Source of the DNA: Bacteroidota bacterium
GTDB lineage: Bacteria; Bacteroidota; Bacteroidia; AKYH767-A; 2013-40CM-41-45
Length of the DNA: 64,000 bases
Direction: 5' to 3'
Assembly: GCA_016721305.1 (NCBI GenBank)
Contig: JADKIH010000016.1
Location: forward strand, 11,037 to 75,036
The notes under the pieces are model-generated. The model saw only the letters and a list, made by a program, of their open reading frames with translations, searched no databases and had not been told where the DNA came from. The translations under genes and the position numbers were made by a program. This document shows, piece by piece, positions 1-11,400 of this stretch (its first letter is position 1; each line of letters starts with the position of its first letter).

Positions 1-1334
1 TCAGTAATTTCATTTGAAATATTACTGATATTGATGAAATTGCAAACAGAAGTATCAATGCAGCCATTATTAGAAATGATAACTGCATAGGAGCCACTAA
101 CCGTCGGGGAAAAGGTTTGAGAAGTTTCACCTGAAATTTGGTTATTTAGCGAACAGTTGTACCATTGATACTGCGCAGAATCTTGTAACGATTCGATGGT
201 GTCACCTGAAACATTTACTGTATTGTCAAGATCAGTAAATTCATAAGCACCAATGTCAGGAATCGAATTTCTAGGTATGCCTTTCTGATCCCATTGATTT
301 GTTGTATCTGATACCCCTGCATTTATTGCAGGACTTCCGCAAAGTAATGGATGCGTTTCAGTCATCCCGCCATTTGCTCCTAAAGGACCAATCATGGGAT
401 TTACGTAATTTTGGTTTGATGTCCCAGCAATTGAACCATTCCAAACAATGTTATTCCTTGAATTTGAATCAATATAAAAGCAATCTAAATCTTGGTGAGA
501 GTTATTGCTTAAAATTGAATTCTTGAATAAATTTTGAGATGGGAATGGACCATAAACTCCACCTCCTGCTCCTGGAGCAGAGGCGACATTCAAGGTTATA
601 GTCGAATTGAAAATACGTGTGACGTAATTAGAAAAAATCCCTCCTCCTTGGTTAATGGCGTAATTTTGGCTTAAGGTACAATTTACGATATTTAAATCGC
701 CTCCATTCCATATTGCACCTCCATCTATTGCTGAGGTGTTAACGAGAAATGTTGTATTGTAAATGTTAGCGCTACTATGTACGCTGGGGACGTTATAAAT
801 CCCACCCCCACTGCCAATTACAGTATGATTGTTACTGAAAGTACAATGATTCAACTCTATCGAACCATAATTCATTATTGCCCCACCGTTATTATAAGCT
901 CCATTATCTTGAAAAACACAATTTATACATATCAAGTGGCCTTGATTGAAAATTGCACCTGCATCTTCTCCGTTTGCCCACCCTCCGTAAAACTTTATAT
1001 TGGCGAAGCTGACCGTAGTTCCAGAATACACCTGACAAAATCGATGAGAGCCTGAAGTGATAAGAGTTTTTTGGATACCGTTGCCAATTATGGTTAGTGT
1101 TGGAGTAATAATCTTCAGGTCAACAAGAAGATATATAGGAACTCCGTCAGTAATAGTGTCAAATCTAATCGTATCATAGCTTGCCGAAATTGTTATAAAA
1201 TCCCTTAGAGTACCAGGGCCCGAGTCAGCATTTGTTGTTACATAATGCGTGACACCTAAAATAGGTTCGGAAAATATTATTAAAATTAAGAATGTAAAAA
1301 AATACTTTATGCGTTTTGTTTTATAGAGCCCCAT
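1..1334 (-). CDS. Secreted right-handed beta-helix repeat protein (choice-of-anchor-Q / polymorphic-membrane-protein-like); C-terminus runs off the window
   Basis: Hand translation of the minus strand from the ATG at 1334-1332, with an in-frame TAA just upstream, stays open to position 1. This explains its absence from the ORF track. It starts MGLYKTKRIKYFFTFLILIIFSEPILG (signal-like), then shows repeated GGAI/GGGI(Y/F)N beta-helix motifs such as NGGAIMNYG, GGGIYN, DGGAIWNGG and QGGGIFSN. Confidence 0.7.
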   Translation of the reverse strand, partial: MGLYKTKRIKYFFTFLILIIFSEPILGVTHYVTTNADSGPGTLRDFITISASYDTIRFDTITDGVPIYLLVDLKIITPTLTIIGNGIQKTLITSGSHRFCQVYSGTTVSFANIKFYGGWANGEDAGAIFNQGHLICINCVFQDNGAYNNGGAIMNYGSIELNHCTFSNNHTVIGSGGGIYNVPSVHSSANIYNTTFLVNTSAIDGGAIWNGGDLNIVNCTLSQNYAINQGGGIFSNYVTRIFNSTITLNVASAPGAGGGVYGPFPSQNLFKNSILSNNSHQDLDCFYIDSNSRNNIVWNGSIAGTSNQNYVNPMIGPLGANGGMTETHPLLCGSPAINAGVSDTTNQWDQKGIPRNSIPDIGAYEFTDLDNTVNVSGDTIESLQDSAQYQWYNCSLNNQISGETSQTFSPTVSGSYAVIISNNGCIDTSVCNFINISNISNEIT

Positions 1335-1510
1335 TAGCGAAAACGTTATTTAAATATTGATGTTAGCCTAGTAAAGCTAATAGATAAAGATAATGATTTC
1401 AAACAAATCTCTACTCTTAAAGCAAGATGATTTTTATCATCGCTTTGGCTCAGTTTATTTGTTCTTTTTAGTTTCTTAATTGGAATGTGAAATTCTATTA
1501 CCTTTACCCC

Positions 1511-1756
1511 ATGAAGCTATTTGTAAAAAACATCGAAGGCTCAGTAAACGAAGTATTGCTGGAGTCTATTTTCCGCCAGTTTGGTGAAGTAGAAGATACA
1601 AAAATCGTGTACGATAAAATTACGTGGGAATCGCGCGGATTTGGTTTCGTGACTTTCAAGAAGAAGGAAGATGCTCAAAAGGCAATCGAAGGATTGAATG
1701 GGAAGGAGCTTGTGGGGAAGGCGTTGTCGGTGGAAGTTGCCGTAGAAAAACGTTAG
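1511..1756 (+). CDS. RRM-type RNA-binding protein
   Basis: RNP-2 (LFVKNI) and RNP-1 (RGFGFVTF) motifs in an 81-aa product. I prefer the ATG at 1511 to the upstream GTG at 1487. Confidence 0.85.
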   Translation: MKLFVKNIEGSVNEVLLESIFRQFGEVEDTKIVYDKITWESRGFGFVTFKKKEDAQKAIEGLNGKELVGKALSVEVAVEKR

Positions 1757-1828
1757 GTGATTGCTGCTGGATTTATTCTGAACCTAGCTTGAGGGCTATC
1801 AAAATAATACTGTCAATAGAAAAGTCTG

Positions 1829-2008
1829 ATGAAAAAATCAACTGTAATTAGTGCTCTGGACGAATTTCCAAAGGAATTTGCTTTGGATAAATTTTTAGAA
1901 CGTTTGCTGGTTATTGAGAAAATTGAAGAAGGTTTGAAGGAAGCTAAAGCAGGCAAAACCGTTTCTCATGACCACGCTAAAAAGATTATTGCAAAGTGGC
2001 AAAAGTAA
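1829..2008 (+). CDS. Putative type II antitoxin partnering the ParE/RelE toxin downstream
   Basis: 59-aa ORF (MKKSTVISALDEFPKEFALDKFLERLLVIEKIEEGLKEAKAGKTVSHDHAKKIIAKWQK), below the ORF-track size cutoff. It overlaps the toxin start by 13 nt, a typical antitoxin-toxin arrangement. Confidence 0.6.
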   Translation: MKKSTVISALDEFPKEFALDKFLERLLVIEKIEEGLKEAKAGKTVSHDHAKKIIAKWQK

Positions 2009-2277
2009 GCTGGACTCGAAGATCTCTTAAAGATTTAGAGGCAATCCACGAGTACATCGCTCTGGACTCAAAATTTTATGCTCACCGTTTTGTAAATAGG
2101 ATTGTTTCCAGAGTTGACCAATTAATTGACTTTCCTGAATCCGGCCGCATTGTTCCGGAAATGGAAGATTCTTCAATCAGAGAGTTGATTGAAGGTAACT
2201 TCAGGATTTTTTATAAATTTCAAAAAGGTGCTATAGTCATCTTAAGAATTCACAATTCGGCACAATCAATAAGGTAG
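1996..2277 (+). CDS. Type II toxin, RelE/ParE family
   Basis: 93 aa. The pattern W(T)..SLKDLEAIHEYI ... R(IV)PE ... REL ... YR..Y ... I(L)RI.H is typical of ParE-like plasmid-stabilisation toxins. GTG start overlaps the upstream small ORF. Confidence 0.8.
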   Translation: MAKVSWTRRSLKDLEAIHEYIALDSKFYAHRFVNRIVSRVDQLIDFPESGRIVPEMEDSSIRELIEGNFRIFYKFQKGAIVILRIHNSAQSIR

Positions 2278-2408
2278 TTTTTTGAATAGTAGAAACTCAA
2301 AATTGGCTAAACAATGGCTCTTATGTCGGTCGTTTTTTATTATTCGACTACTTTGTTCTGTAATTGTAAGTAGATAACATTTCTCTTCTTTATTCGTTTA
2401 AGCATCAG

Positions 2409-3074
2409 ATGACTCTGCGCACCCGTTTTTTGATGATTTTGATGATGGGCGGATGGCTTTTTTCGAGCCGGGCTTCGGGGCAAATTTTAGATACGATCGA
2501 ATATAGCATGCAGCAAAAGCCGAAGTTTTTTGTCTCGCTGGCTTCGTTCAATACGTTTGTGGATGGCGATTTTGCGAGCTTTGGCGGGGTTCGGATGGGA
2601 CTGAAATACAATAATCGGGTTCGATTTGGAGTGGGGTATTTTGAGCTAACCAATAATGGCGTCGTCTCAACGATTCCAATCGATGAAGGGCAGGGGATTT
2701 ATGATGCGAACGGACAATTGGAGCTTTCCTTCTTTAGTCTTTCTGCCGAGTACAGTCTTAGAAACGATTTTCCATGGCATTTTGCCGTAGTTCCGTTTCA
2801 GATGGGTTTCGGCTCGGCGCATTACGAATATATCAGCAGAAGCAGTCGCACGAGGGTGAAAACGCCTTCGGAGTTCATTATACTTTATCAGCCGGAATTC
2901 AATGTTCAGTACAGCATTGTTCGCTGGTTTGCCGTAGGGCTCACCACGGGCTATCGTTTTACGCTTTTACGCTCAAGGAAACAGACCCGAAACTTCGATT
3001 CGATCAACTTTTCGTTCGATGTTAGTATTTCGCTTGATGAGTTGTATTATGAGCTTAGGGGGGAGAAGGATTAG
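2409..3074 (+). CDS. Hypothetical outer-membrane beta-barrel-like protein
   Basis: N-terminal signal-like segment (LMILMMGGWLFSSRASGQ) and alternating hydrophobic/aromatic strands. I recognise no specific family. Confidence 0.5.
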   Translation: MTLRTRFLMILMMGGWLFSSRASGQILDTIEYSMQQKPKFFVSLASFNTFVDGDFASFGGVRMGLKYNNRVRFGVGYFELTNNGVVSTIPIDEGQGIYDANGQLELSFFSLSAEYSLRNDFPWHFAVVPFQMGFGSAHYEYISRSSRTRVKTPSEFIILYQPEFNVQYSIVRWFAVGLTTGYRFTLLRSRKQTRNFDSINFSFDVSISLDELYYELRGEKD

Positions 3075-3496
3075 TAGTTTCTGAAAATGGTAATTAGTGG
3101 TGCCTTTAACTTTGAACGCTTAGGTTTTGTGAAAATGTGATGTGATGTCTGCCAATAAACAATCTACCGAAGTGTGTAATTGACAAAGCCTTGATTTTTC
3201 TTTCTTTTTTTCGCTGTAGCGAACAAAAAGAAAGAAACAAAGAAAAAGGCGACCACGCGCAGCCTCCATCTCTCCTTACTTATACCAACAGCTTTCCTTG
3301 AATAAGCATTTGGCCATTGATTATTCAATTTGCTTCGATTTGCCACCGAGAAGGAGGCCGCACGCGCGTGGACGGCCCCCCACAACATCCTGCTTTCGTA
3401 TTTCCCCACTTCACATTTTTTCAACCTTATTCCAAAATTTACCTGAAGCAGTATTTTTGAGATAGCTTTCTAGATTTTTCCCGTACTTTTACCCCG

Positions 3497-4522
3497 ATGC
3501 TCAATCCCAATCTAGATCCAGCCGGTTCCGGACTTAGTTCGGCCGAAAAAGAACTCGATAAAGTCCTCCGCCCCCAAGGGTTCGACGACTTTACCGGTCA
3601 GTCGCCTGTGCTGAGCAATCTGAAAATCTTCGTCGAAGCTGCCCGCCAGCGTGATGAGGCTTTGGATCATGTCCTTCTACACGGACCTCCCGGATTGGGG
3701 AAAACAACGCTTGCCTACATTCTGGCAAATGAGTTAGGCGTAAGTATCAAAACAACTTCCGGACCTGTGCTCGACAAGCCGGGCGATTTAGCCGGACTGC
3801 TCACGAATCTGGGGCCGAATGATGTTTTGTTCATCGACGAAATTCATCGCCTCAGTCCGATCGTCGAAGAGTATCTGTACTCGGCGATGGAAGATTACAA
3901 AATCGACATCATGATTGAAACCGGTCCGAATGCACGATCGGTTCAAATTAAAATAAATCCGTTTACGCTTATTGGTGCTACAACTCGTTCGGGATTACTG
4001 ACAGCTCCTTTGCGTGCACGTTTTGGAATTACAAGTCGTCTGGAATATTACGACGCCAAACTTTTACAAAAAATCATTCATCGTTCCGCACAATTGATGC
4101 GTACGGAAATTCGTGATGATGCAGCGTATGAAATTGCGAGAAGAAGTCGTGGAACCCCACGTATTGCAAACGCACTCTTACGTCGCGTTCGTGATTTCGC
4201 TCAGATAAAAAGTAACGGCATTATCGATTTAGAAATTTCTCACACCGCTCTTACTGCATTGAATGTGGATCAGCATGGTTTGGATGAAATGGATAATCGC
4301 ATTCTCTCTGCCATCATCGATAAATTCAAAGGCGGTCCGGTTGGACTCACAACAATTGCTACAGCCGTAAGCGAAGAAGCAGGAACGATAGAAGAAGTGT
4401 ATGAACCGTTTTTGATTCAGGAAGGATATCTCAAACGCACACCTCGTGGGCGTGAGGCGACTGAGGCTGCTTACAAGCATTTGGGGAAGAGTTGGCCGGG
4501 GACTGCCGGTCAATTGTTTTGA
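3497..4522 (+). CDS. ruvB: Holliday junction branch migration helicase RuvB
   Basis: Walker [12 protein letters not shown], Walker B/sensor FIDEIHRL, RuvB-like length of 341 aa and the conserved C-terminal winged-helix region. Confidence 0.95.
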   Translation: MLNPNLDPAGSGLSSAEKELDKVLRPQGFDDFTGQSPVLSNLKIFVEAARQRDEALDHVLLHGPPGLGKTTLAYILANELGVSIKTTSGPVLDKPGDLAGLLTNLGPNDVLFIDEIHRLSPIVEEYLYSAMEDYKIDIMIETGPNARSVQIKINPFTLIGATTRSGLLTAPLRARFGITSRLEYYDAKLLQKIIHRSAQLMRTEIRDDAAYEIARRSRGTPRIANALLRRVRDFAQIKSNGIIDLEISHTALTALNVDQHGLDEMDNRILSAIIDKFKGGPVGLTTIATAVSEEAGTIEEVYEPFLIQEGYLKRTPRGREATEAAYKHLGKSWPGTAGQLF

Positions 4523-4925
4523 AATTGGCTTCTTGCTTAGCATTATATTTATACCAACTTTGCATCAGATTACGAAATAAAGGAACCAAGATTCCTTATG
4601 GATGTACCATTCTCTGTTGGTTTTTTCATTTAGAAATGGAATAATTAAAAATTTCTTACTGGAATTATGATTCCTTGTTTTATTTTTTAGCATTTTTCTA
4701 TTAAAATCTTGTTTTGATTCGAGTCGATGCGCGAAATTATGGCTTGTTTATAAATATATCTTGGATTCAATTGATTTCCTATTACATTTGATCTAAGTTT
4801 TTTCGGACCCACATCCAAGTATAGAATCGATTTTAGTACAAGTTTATTTCAGTAATTTCTTTTAAAAGGTTAGCGACAGATTATTTGCTTGAACGATTGA
4901 AAAGCCTTTTGGTCTGAGTAGTTCA

Positions 4926-5393
4926 GTGCAATATTTAATTTTTTCTAAATCTCTATATCATGAAAAAATCCTCCTGTTGATTTTGTTTTGGCTTTCTTTT
5001 TATTGTAAGCAAGCCTACTCCCAGTCAGAATCTCCCATACTTTCAATGGATGTCGCAACCATAAGTGTTGCCAATAATTTCATTGACAGTTTGCCGGTCG
5101 AAACAGACTCAACCGTTTACTCGGTTGTCGTAAATGTGAATTTGTTTGATACTGTCGATGTTCAGAACATCGAAGTAAAAATTGGCACCACAGCGGGAGG
5201 TTCAGATTTAGTAAATCAAACTTTTGCATTTGATGTTTCAGGTTCGCTGAGCGGCGGGATGTCGTATTTGAGAGAATTGTATCGAGTCCAATTAGGGGTT
5301 GGTAATTTAATCGGGCTTGGTGATTACTATGCTGAGGTTCGTGTTCAAAGATTGGATGGCAGCTACAGTCCTTCTGTTGTTTTTAATCGTTAA
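4926..5393 (+). CDS. Hypothetical small secreted protein; start codon uncertain
   Basis: Signal-like KILLLILFWLSFYCKQAYSQ. The only in-frame start is the GTG at 4926. An ATG at 4960 would give a canonical MKKILLL start but is out of frame by one A (see findings). Confidence 0.5.
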   Translation: MQYLIFSKSLYHEKILLLILFWLSFYCKQAYSQSESPILSMDVATISVANNFIDSLPVETDSTVYSVVVNVNLFDTVDVQNIEVKIGTTAGGSDLVNQTFAFDVSGSLSGGMSYLRELYRVQLGVGNLIGLGDYYAEVRVQRLDGSYSPSVVFNR

Positions 5394-5415
5394 TAACATT
5401 TTAAACTCTACTCTC

Positions 5416-8400
5416 ATGAAAACATCTGCATTTCGCATATTTTTGGTTTGTATTCTGATTTGTATTTCTGAATTGTGTTTTAGCGGAAATAGCAATTTTA
5501 CATGGACAGGTAACACTTCTACAAGTTGGAATGTTACAACAAATTGGTCGCCAAATGGAGTGCCTTCAACAAATGATAGCGTAACCATCGTTACCGGATC
5601 AAATACTGTTTTGCTTGCCAATGACGTAACTGTGAAAAGATTCACAATGACTTCAGGAACCTTAAACTTGAATGGAAAAACACTTTCAGTATCAACACTG
5701 GCAACTTTTACCGCAGGTACAATTAACAATGGTCATCTGACATCCTCGGGAGCTACAACAATCACCTTTGGCGGGACAACGTTTGGAGCAGTAGTAAATA
5801 TTACGGCCAGTACCATCTATTTGAATGGTTCTGTTTTCAATGATACATTATCTATAAACAAGAGTGGGAATTCAAATGATAACAGTAAGGGAGGAAATAC
5901 ATTTAATAAATATGTAAGTATTACCAATTCCGCGCGAGGTGCGTTGGTGATGGCCGATTCCTTCCCTGACATATTTGATAAAATCCTTAAGGTGTCAAAC
6001 ACGAATGAAGGAACTGTTTACTTAGCTCACCGAGCTCAAAACAATCGATTTAATGATAACGTTCTTTTTTACGGTAAAAATATTTATTCAAATTATTATG
6101 GTACTGCGGCATACTACGGGAATATCATTTTGAACTGTCCTGCCGGAGGTGTTTTCTTCGGATATTCAACTGGAAGCGCAAGTATTGCAGATACTAAGAA
6201 AATTGGTTTAGGTGATTCTTCTTTTGCCTCCGGAAGTTTGTATTTAAGGAATTTCATCAAGTTAGGAACAGAGCCTATACTGGAAATTTCACTTTCCGGG
6301 ACCGCCAAACTCTATCTTGAACAAGGCACGGTATTTAATTCGTCGGTGAGCTTCAGTGCGCCTTCTGTATATCTTGAAGGTAGTCGTTTTAACGCCATAG
6401 CGACAATCACGAATACCGGAAGTGCAACAGTTACTTCAACAGGAGGATCATACTTTGCGGACTCAGCATCTATCAAAAACAACAGTTCATCATCAAATAC
6501 GTTCACTCTTGGAAGCTCCTCTCCGGATACGTTTGCAATTTCAGCATATTTGTATAATATTAAAGGAACGTTTAACGTAAATAATGCTGTCTTTTCCGGC
6601 AAGGCTTATTTAAAAAATGCCGAAACTGCAACATCCGACGACAGATTTATGATTGCTTCTACAGGCAACGTATTGTTTAAAGGAAATATTTCAATTGAAA
6701 ACTCCGGTTCGGGAATTTGTTTTGGAAAAACAGGTGGCACCAGCACATTACAAACGGGTAAGACACTCTCCTTTGTTAGTGGCCTAACCGGAAATGTGAC
6801 GTTGAAATATTTTACAGAACAAGGAACGACTGCTCATAGTTTCACCCTTCCTTCAGCCACAACCAAATTAACGCTCGGACCTGGAACCTCTTTTGGCGGA
6901 AACCTATCCTTTTACGGACAACAGATTTCTCTAAACGGAACAACTTTTAATGGGAATGCAACTATATCAAGATATGGAAATATTCCTGACACATGCCTTG
7001 GAGGAAATGTTTATAATGGAATAACAACTATTCAGGATTCATCAAGTTCAACATACGGTTGCTTACTTTCTTATTCCGCAACGGACGATTATAATGGCGA
7101 TGTAACTTTTATTCATAAAGGAAGTGGGGCCATGTTAAAACCTTGTTATAATAAAAACTCGACATTTGCTGGAAATATTACCATCAATGCAAATGTAGCT
7201 ATTCAATTTGGAACGAATGGCGGAACGATGGTTTTAGATGGTGCAAATAATCAATCGTTTAACAATTCAACATCTAACCCGATAACTGTTAAAAAATTAC
7301 AAATAAATAAATCGGCAAATTCAGCAACTTTAAGTTGTCCAGTTACAGTTAGTGATTCACTTATTATGACAAAAGGATGGATTAATACTGACACTACTAA
7401 TGTTTTAATGCTTTCAAATGGAAGTAAACTGGTCGGTGGAAGTGATAGCTCATACGTTAATGGACCTTTGAAAAAAACAGGCAACAGTGCTTTCGTTTTT
7501 CCACTGGGTTCGGCTTCGCTCTCTCATCCGTACCATCCACTCGAAATTACTGCTCCATCCTCTTCAACTGATGCTTATACAGCAATTTATTATCCCAATG
7601 GTCAAACCATGGGCTCAATTTCGGATACGTCCGTCGATAATCTCAGCGAGTGTCAATTTTGGAGTCTAAACAGGGTCAATGGAACTGCTAAAGTAAAAGT
7701 AAAGTTGAGTTGGAATCATGATAGTTGCGAGGTGCTTTCTCCAGTCAACATGCGAATAGTGGCTTGGAACGATTCTATGTGGAAAGATGCGGGCAATAGT
7801 GCTTATTCGGGAGACAGTATTTCTGGAAATGCAACTTCAGTTGATAGTGCGACAACAAAAATTTATTTTACCCTTGCCATAAAGAAATGCTTGGCGATAC
7901 GAAATTCAATTACGCAAATTAACATTCATTGTCAAGGCTCGTCTGATGGTTCAGCCATCGCAATAGTTACTCATGGAACTCCCGGATATTCTTATCTGTG
8001 GTCAGATAATAAAGGGGCAAGTATAAGTGCCATTAATCTTCATTCGGGATTATACATGATAAATATTTCTGATAAAAAGGGCTGCATCATAGAAGATAGT
8101 ATAACAATTTCAGAACCAGATAGCATTATTATTTCTGCTGCAGTAACTCCATCAGCTTGCGCTGACTCTACTGGCGTAATTGATATTTCAAGCTTAGGAG
8201 GAACTGGCTCGCATCATTATATTTGGAGCGGAATAATCGATACAACATATTCCAATAGATTAGAAAACATTCCTGCAGGGAAATATATTATAACTGTTAT
8301 TGATTCGAATGGTTGTTCTGCATCCCAGAATGTTTATGTACCAGATTCTGATGGACCAGGAATTAATATTATTAGTCAAGCAAATCCCATTTGCTTTGGG

Positions 8401-11400
8401 GTAGATAGCGGTTCTGTAGAAATCGAAGGAGCAGACGGAAAAGATCCATTTATTTATAAATGGGCCGACTCGGAATTAGATAGTTTACCAATACGAACTA
8501 TGTTGAGATCGGGCATATATCCAGTTGAAGTAATAAATAATTCTGGTTGTATAAGTTATGACACAATTGAAATTGCTGCACCAGATTCCTTTTATGTTTC
8601 ATTAGCAGTGACTGGTACACCGTGTGGATCAAGCTCAGGCGAAATTGTCGCGGTTCCTCATGGTGGACAAAGCCCGCTTTATTATTTATGGTCTTCATCA
8701 GCAGACACAGATTCCATTATATCTAGTTTACCTGCTGGGATCGATACACTTTTTCTCTCAGATGTAAATGGCTGTCAGATAATGAGTGTAGGGGAAGTCT
8801 TATCTACAAGTGGGTTTTCAGCTGCCGGAGAAGTCCTATCTAATGCCAAGTGTGTGCCAGATAGTGGGGGTGTCGCTCATATTACAGTTACAGGTGGAAC
8901 ATCGCCTTACACATACAGTTGGGTTCCAACTGTAAGTGATTCTGCAACTGCAGTAAATATGTTACCTGGAGAATATGTTGTCACTATTCGAGATCAAAAT
9001 GGTTGCAGCATAAAGGATAGTATAATAATAAGTGGCCCAGAAATTCTAAAATCATATATACAGATTTTCCCTCCTAGTGCTAGTTCACTTACCGATGGGT
9101 TCGCATATGGCTATGTGGAAGGAGGAGTTGCACCGTATACCTATCAATGGTCAAATGGATCAACTTTGGATTCAACGGCAAATTTAGGAATTGGTACTGA
9201 TTCACTTATAGTAACTGATAAAAATGGATGCCAAAGCAAGAGTATCGCTAAAATTATTCAACCGACACAACCATGTAAGGAGTGCGATTATTGGGGCGGA
9301 CCCACAACTTATTGCGGTCCATTTTCAAACGTAAATTGTAGCCCTTGCACAACTGTAGTTCAAAAAAATATAGTAACTGATTTTGGTGCTGATGGTACAG
9401 ATAACATTTCAGACGAGTGTGAATTTGAAGAGGCAGTTGATTATTTTAAACAATTACCGGATGCAACCCCAAAAGTTCTAGTGATTCCTTCTGGTACTTT
9501 CATCATCGGCCGACAAGGTACTACAGCTGGTTGGTATCAGGCAGGTCATTCCGTTTTGTGCTTTGATGGAATAAAAAATATGACAATCTCTGGTAAAATA
9601 ACTGGATCCTCATTACCCAAGCTTCAATTTGAGAATTGTATGAAATATGGTGTATTTGACTATCCGAGCAATCCCAATAATAGACTTTTAACTGATCCTA
9701 ATGTTGTTCATGTTACTGGATCTGTAACAAGTGGTTCAACGACCTTAACTGTTTCATCCGGATCAACTTCTTCGCTAGGCTATTCAATCAGTGGTCCTGC
9801 AATTCCACAAGGGACAACTATAACGAATATTTCGGGTTCGATTATTACTTTGTCCCAACCTGCAACATATACTCCTTCTACTTCGCAAGATTATGCAATT
9901 TATTGCGGCGTTTATGGAGTTGATTATCAAAAATGGGCTTCACCTGGTATCATGATTAATTTCACGCACTCCAATAATATTAAAATTGAAAATCTAGAAC
10001 TGGACGGAAATCTTGACAATGCAATTATTGGTGGTGGTACAGATGATGGGATACAAATAATTTATGATGGCATTTTTATTAACGCGACTAACAACGTTAC
10101 AATAAACAATGTTAACGTTCATCATTTTGGTCGTGATGGGTTAGTTGTCTATTATGATTATTGCCCTAGTAATACAACTAATATGATAAAAATACCTCCG
10201 CTTATGAATTGCAATATTAATAATTCTCTATTTACTTATAATGGGAGAAATGGCATGACATGGGGAGGGGGTAAGGGACTAACTGCGAATAATTGTGAAT
10301 TTAGTTGGTCTGGGCAGGGAAGGTTAGCTAGTCAACCGAGCGCAGGAATTGATATCGAGTTGGAACAAGGAACTATTGGAATTTATGATGGTTTATTTAC
10401 TAACTGTAGGTTTTTGTACAATAAATATTACGGTGTAACTTGCAATGCACAGAATTTGACAGACCCTTCAAAAAGTTGGGATTTATTTGCTCAAAGGTTT
10501 GAATTCAGAACGTGTACATTTGTTGGAGCGGAGATTGGATATTGTGTTTGGCCTAATTCGCGAGGATTTAAATTTTCTAACAACTGCAATTTTTATGGAG
10601 AGGTTGCCAAGGCTTTTAATTCAGTACTTACACATCCCAATTTACTTAATACCGATAATGTTCGATTTAGTGACTGCTATTTTCATGAAGATTACACAGA
10701 TCCTGTTTTAGGTACATATTCCTTTTCTCTTACAGGAGACAACATTGCATTACTTTACGACCCCATGAATCCAGGTCAATTTGGTCCGTGTAATGTAGAT
10801 CCATGTAATAATACGTGTCCTGGACATCATTTTTTAATTGATTTTTCTTTAGCAACAAGAGTCTATTTTACAAACTGTGATATCCGAACACATTATATGT
10901 CAAAAACAATTGACATAGGTGCAAGTGCAATTGCAAATTCTTATAGTCTAAATATAATGCAAAATACTAGGTTCATTAGTACCGGTCTTAATGGAATGTA
11001 TTGTGATGGTGGACTAAAACAGCCATTATCATCTTTTAACTTTACTGATTTTAGACCTGGATGTCAACTTTGGTCCCCAATAGGCCTTACAAATTATGGA
11101 GCTGATTGGTGGTGTTATTGTAATGCAACGGACGATGACAGATATCAGGATGCCGTTAATCCAACCTGTATTAATGTAACCAATGTCTATCCCAGGCTTA
11201 CAAACACAGTTGATCCTAATATTTATTCAAAATTTACGGATCCTGCCTATCCCAATGCAGTCACAACTCTAAGATGGTCACCTTGTCAATCGGTTTCTGC
11301 TCCAACCTGTTCTATCCCAAGAAAGGCGCGCCCCGTTGAAATGCAAAAGCAGAGCGAAGTACTTATATATCCTAACCCAAGTCATACTATAATTATCATA

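Noticed and set aside
3164-3424. 86-aa minus-strand ORF in the gap upstream of ruvB
   Set aside because: The translation (…VVAFFFVSFFLFATAKKRKKNQ…) comes from the A/T hairpin and GC-rich palindromic arms. I treat the region as non-coding repeat or structure, not as a gene.
5307-5729. 140-aa minus-strand ORF across the start of the giant adhesin gene
   Set aside because: It is antisense to two plus-strand genes and spans their junction. The composition is shadow-frame-like.
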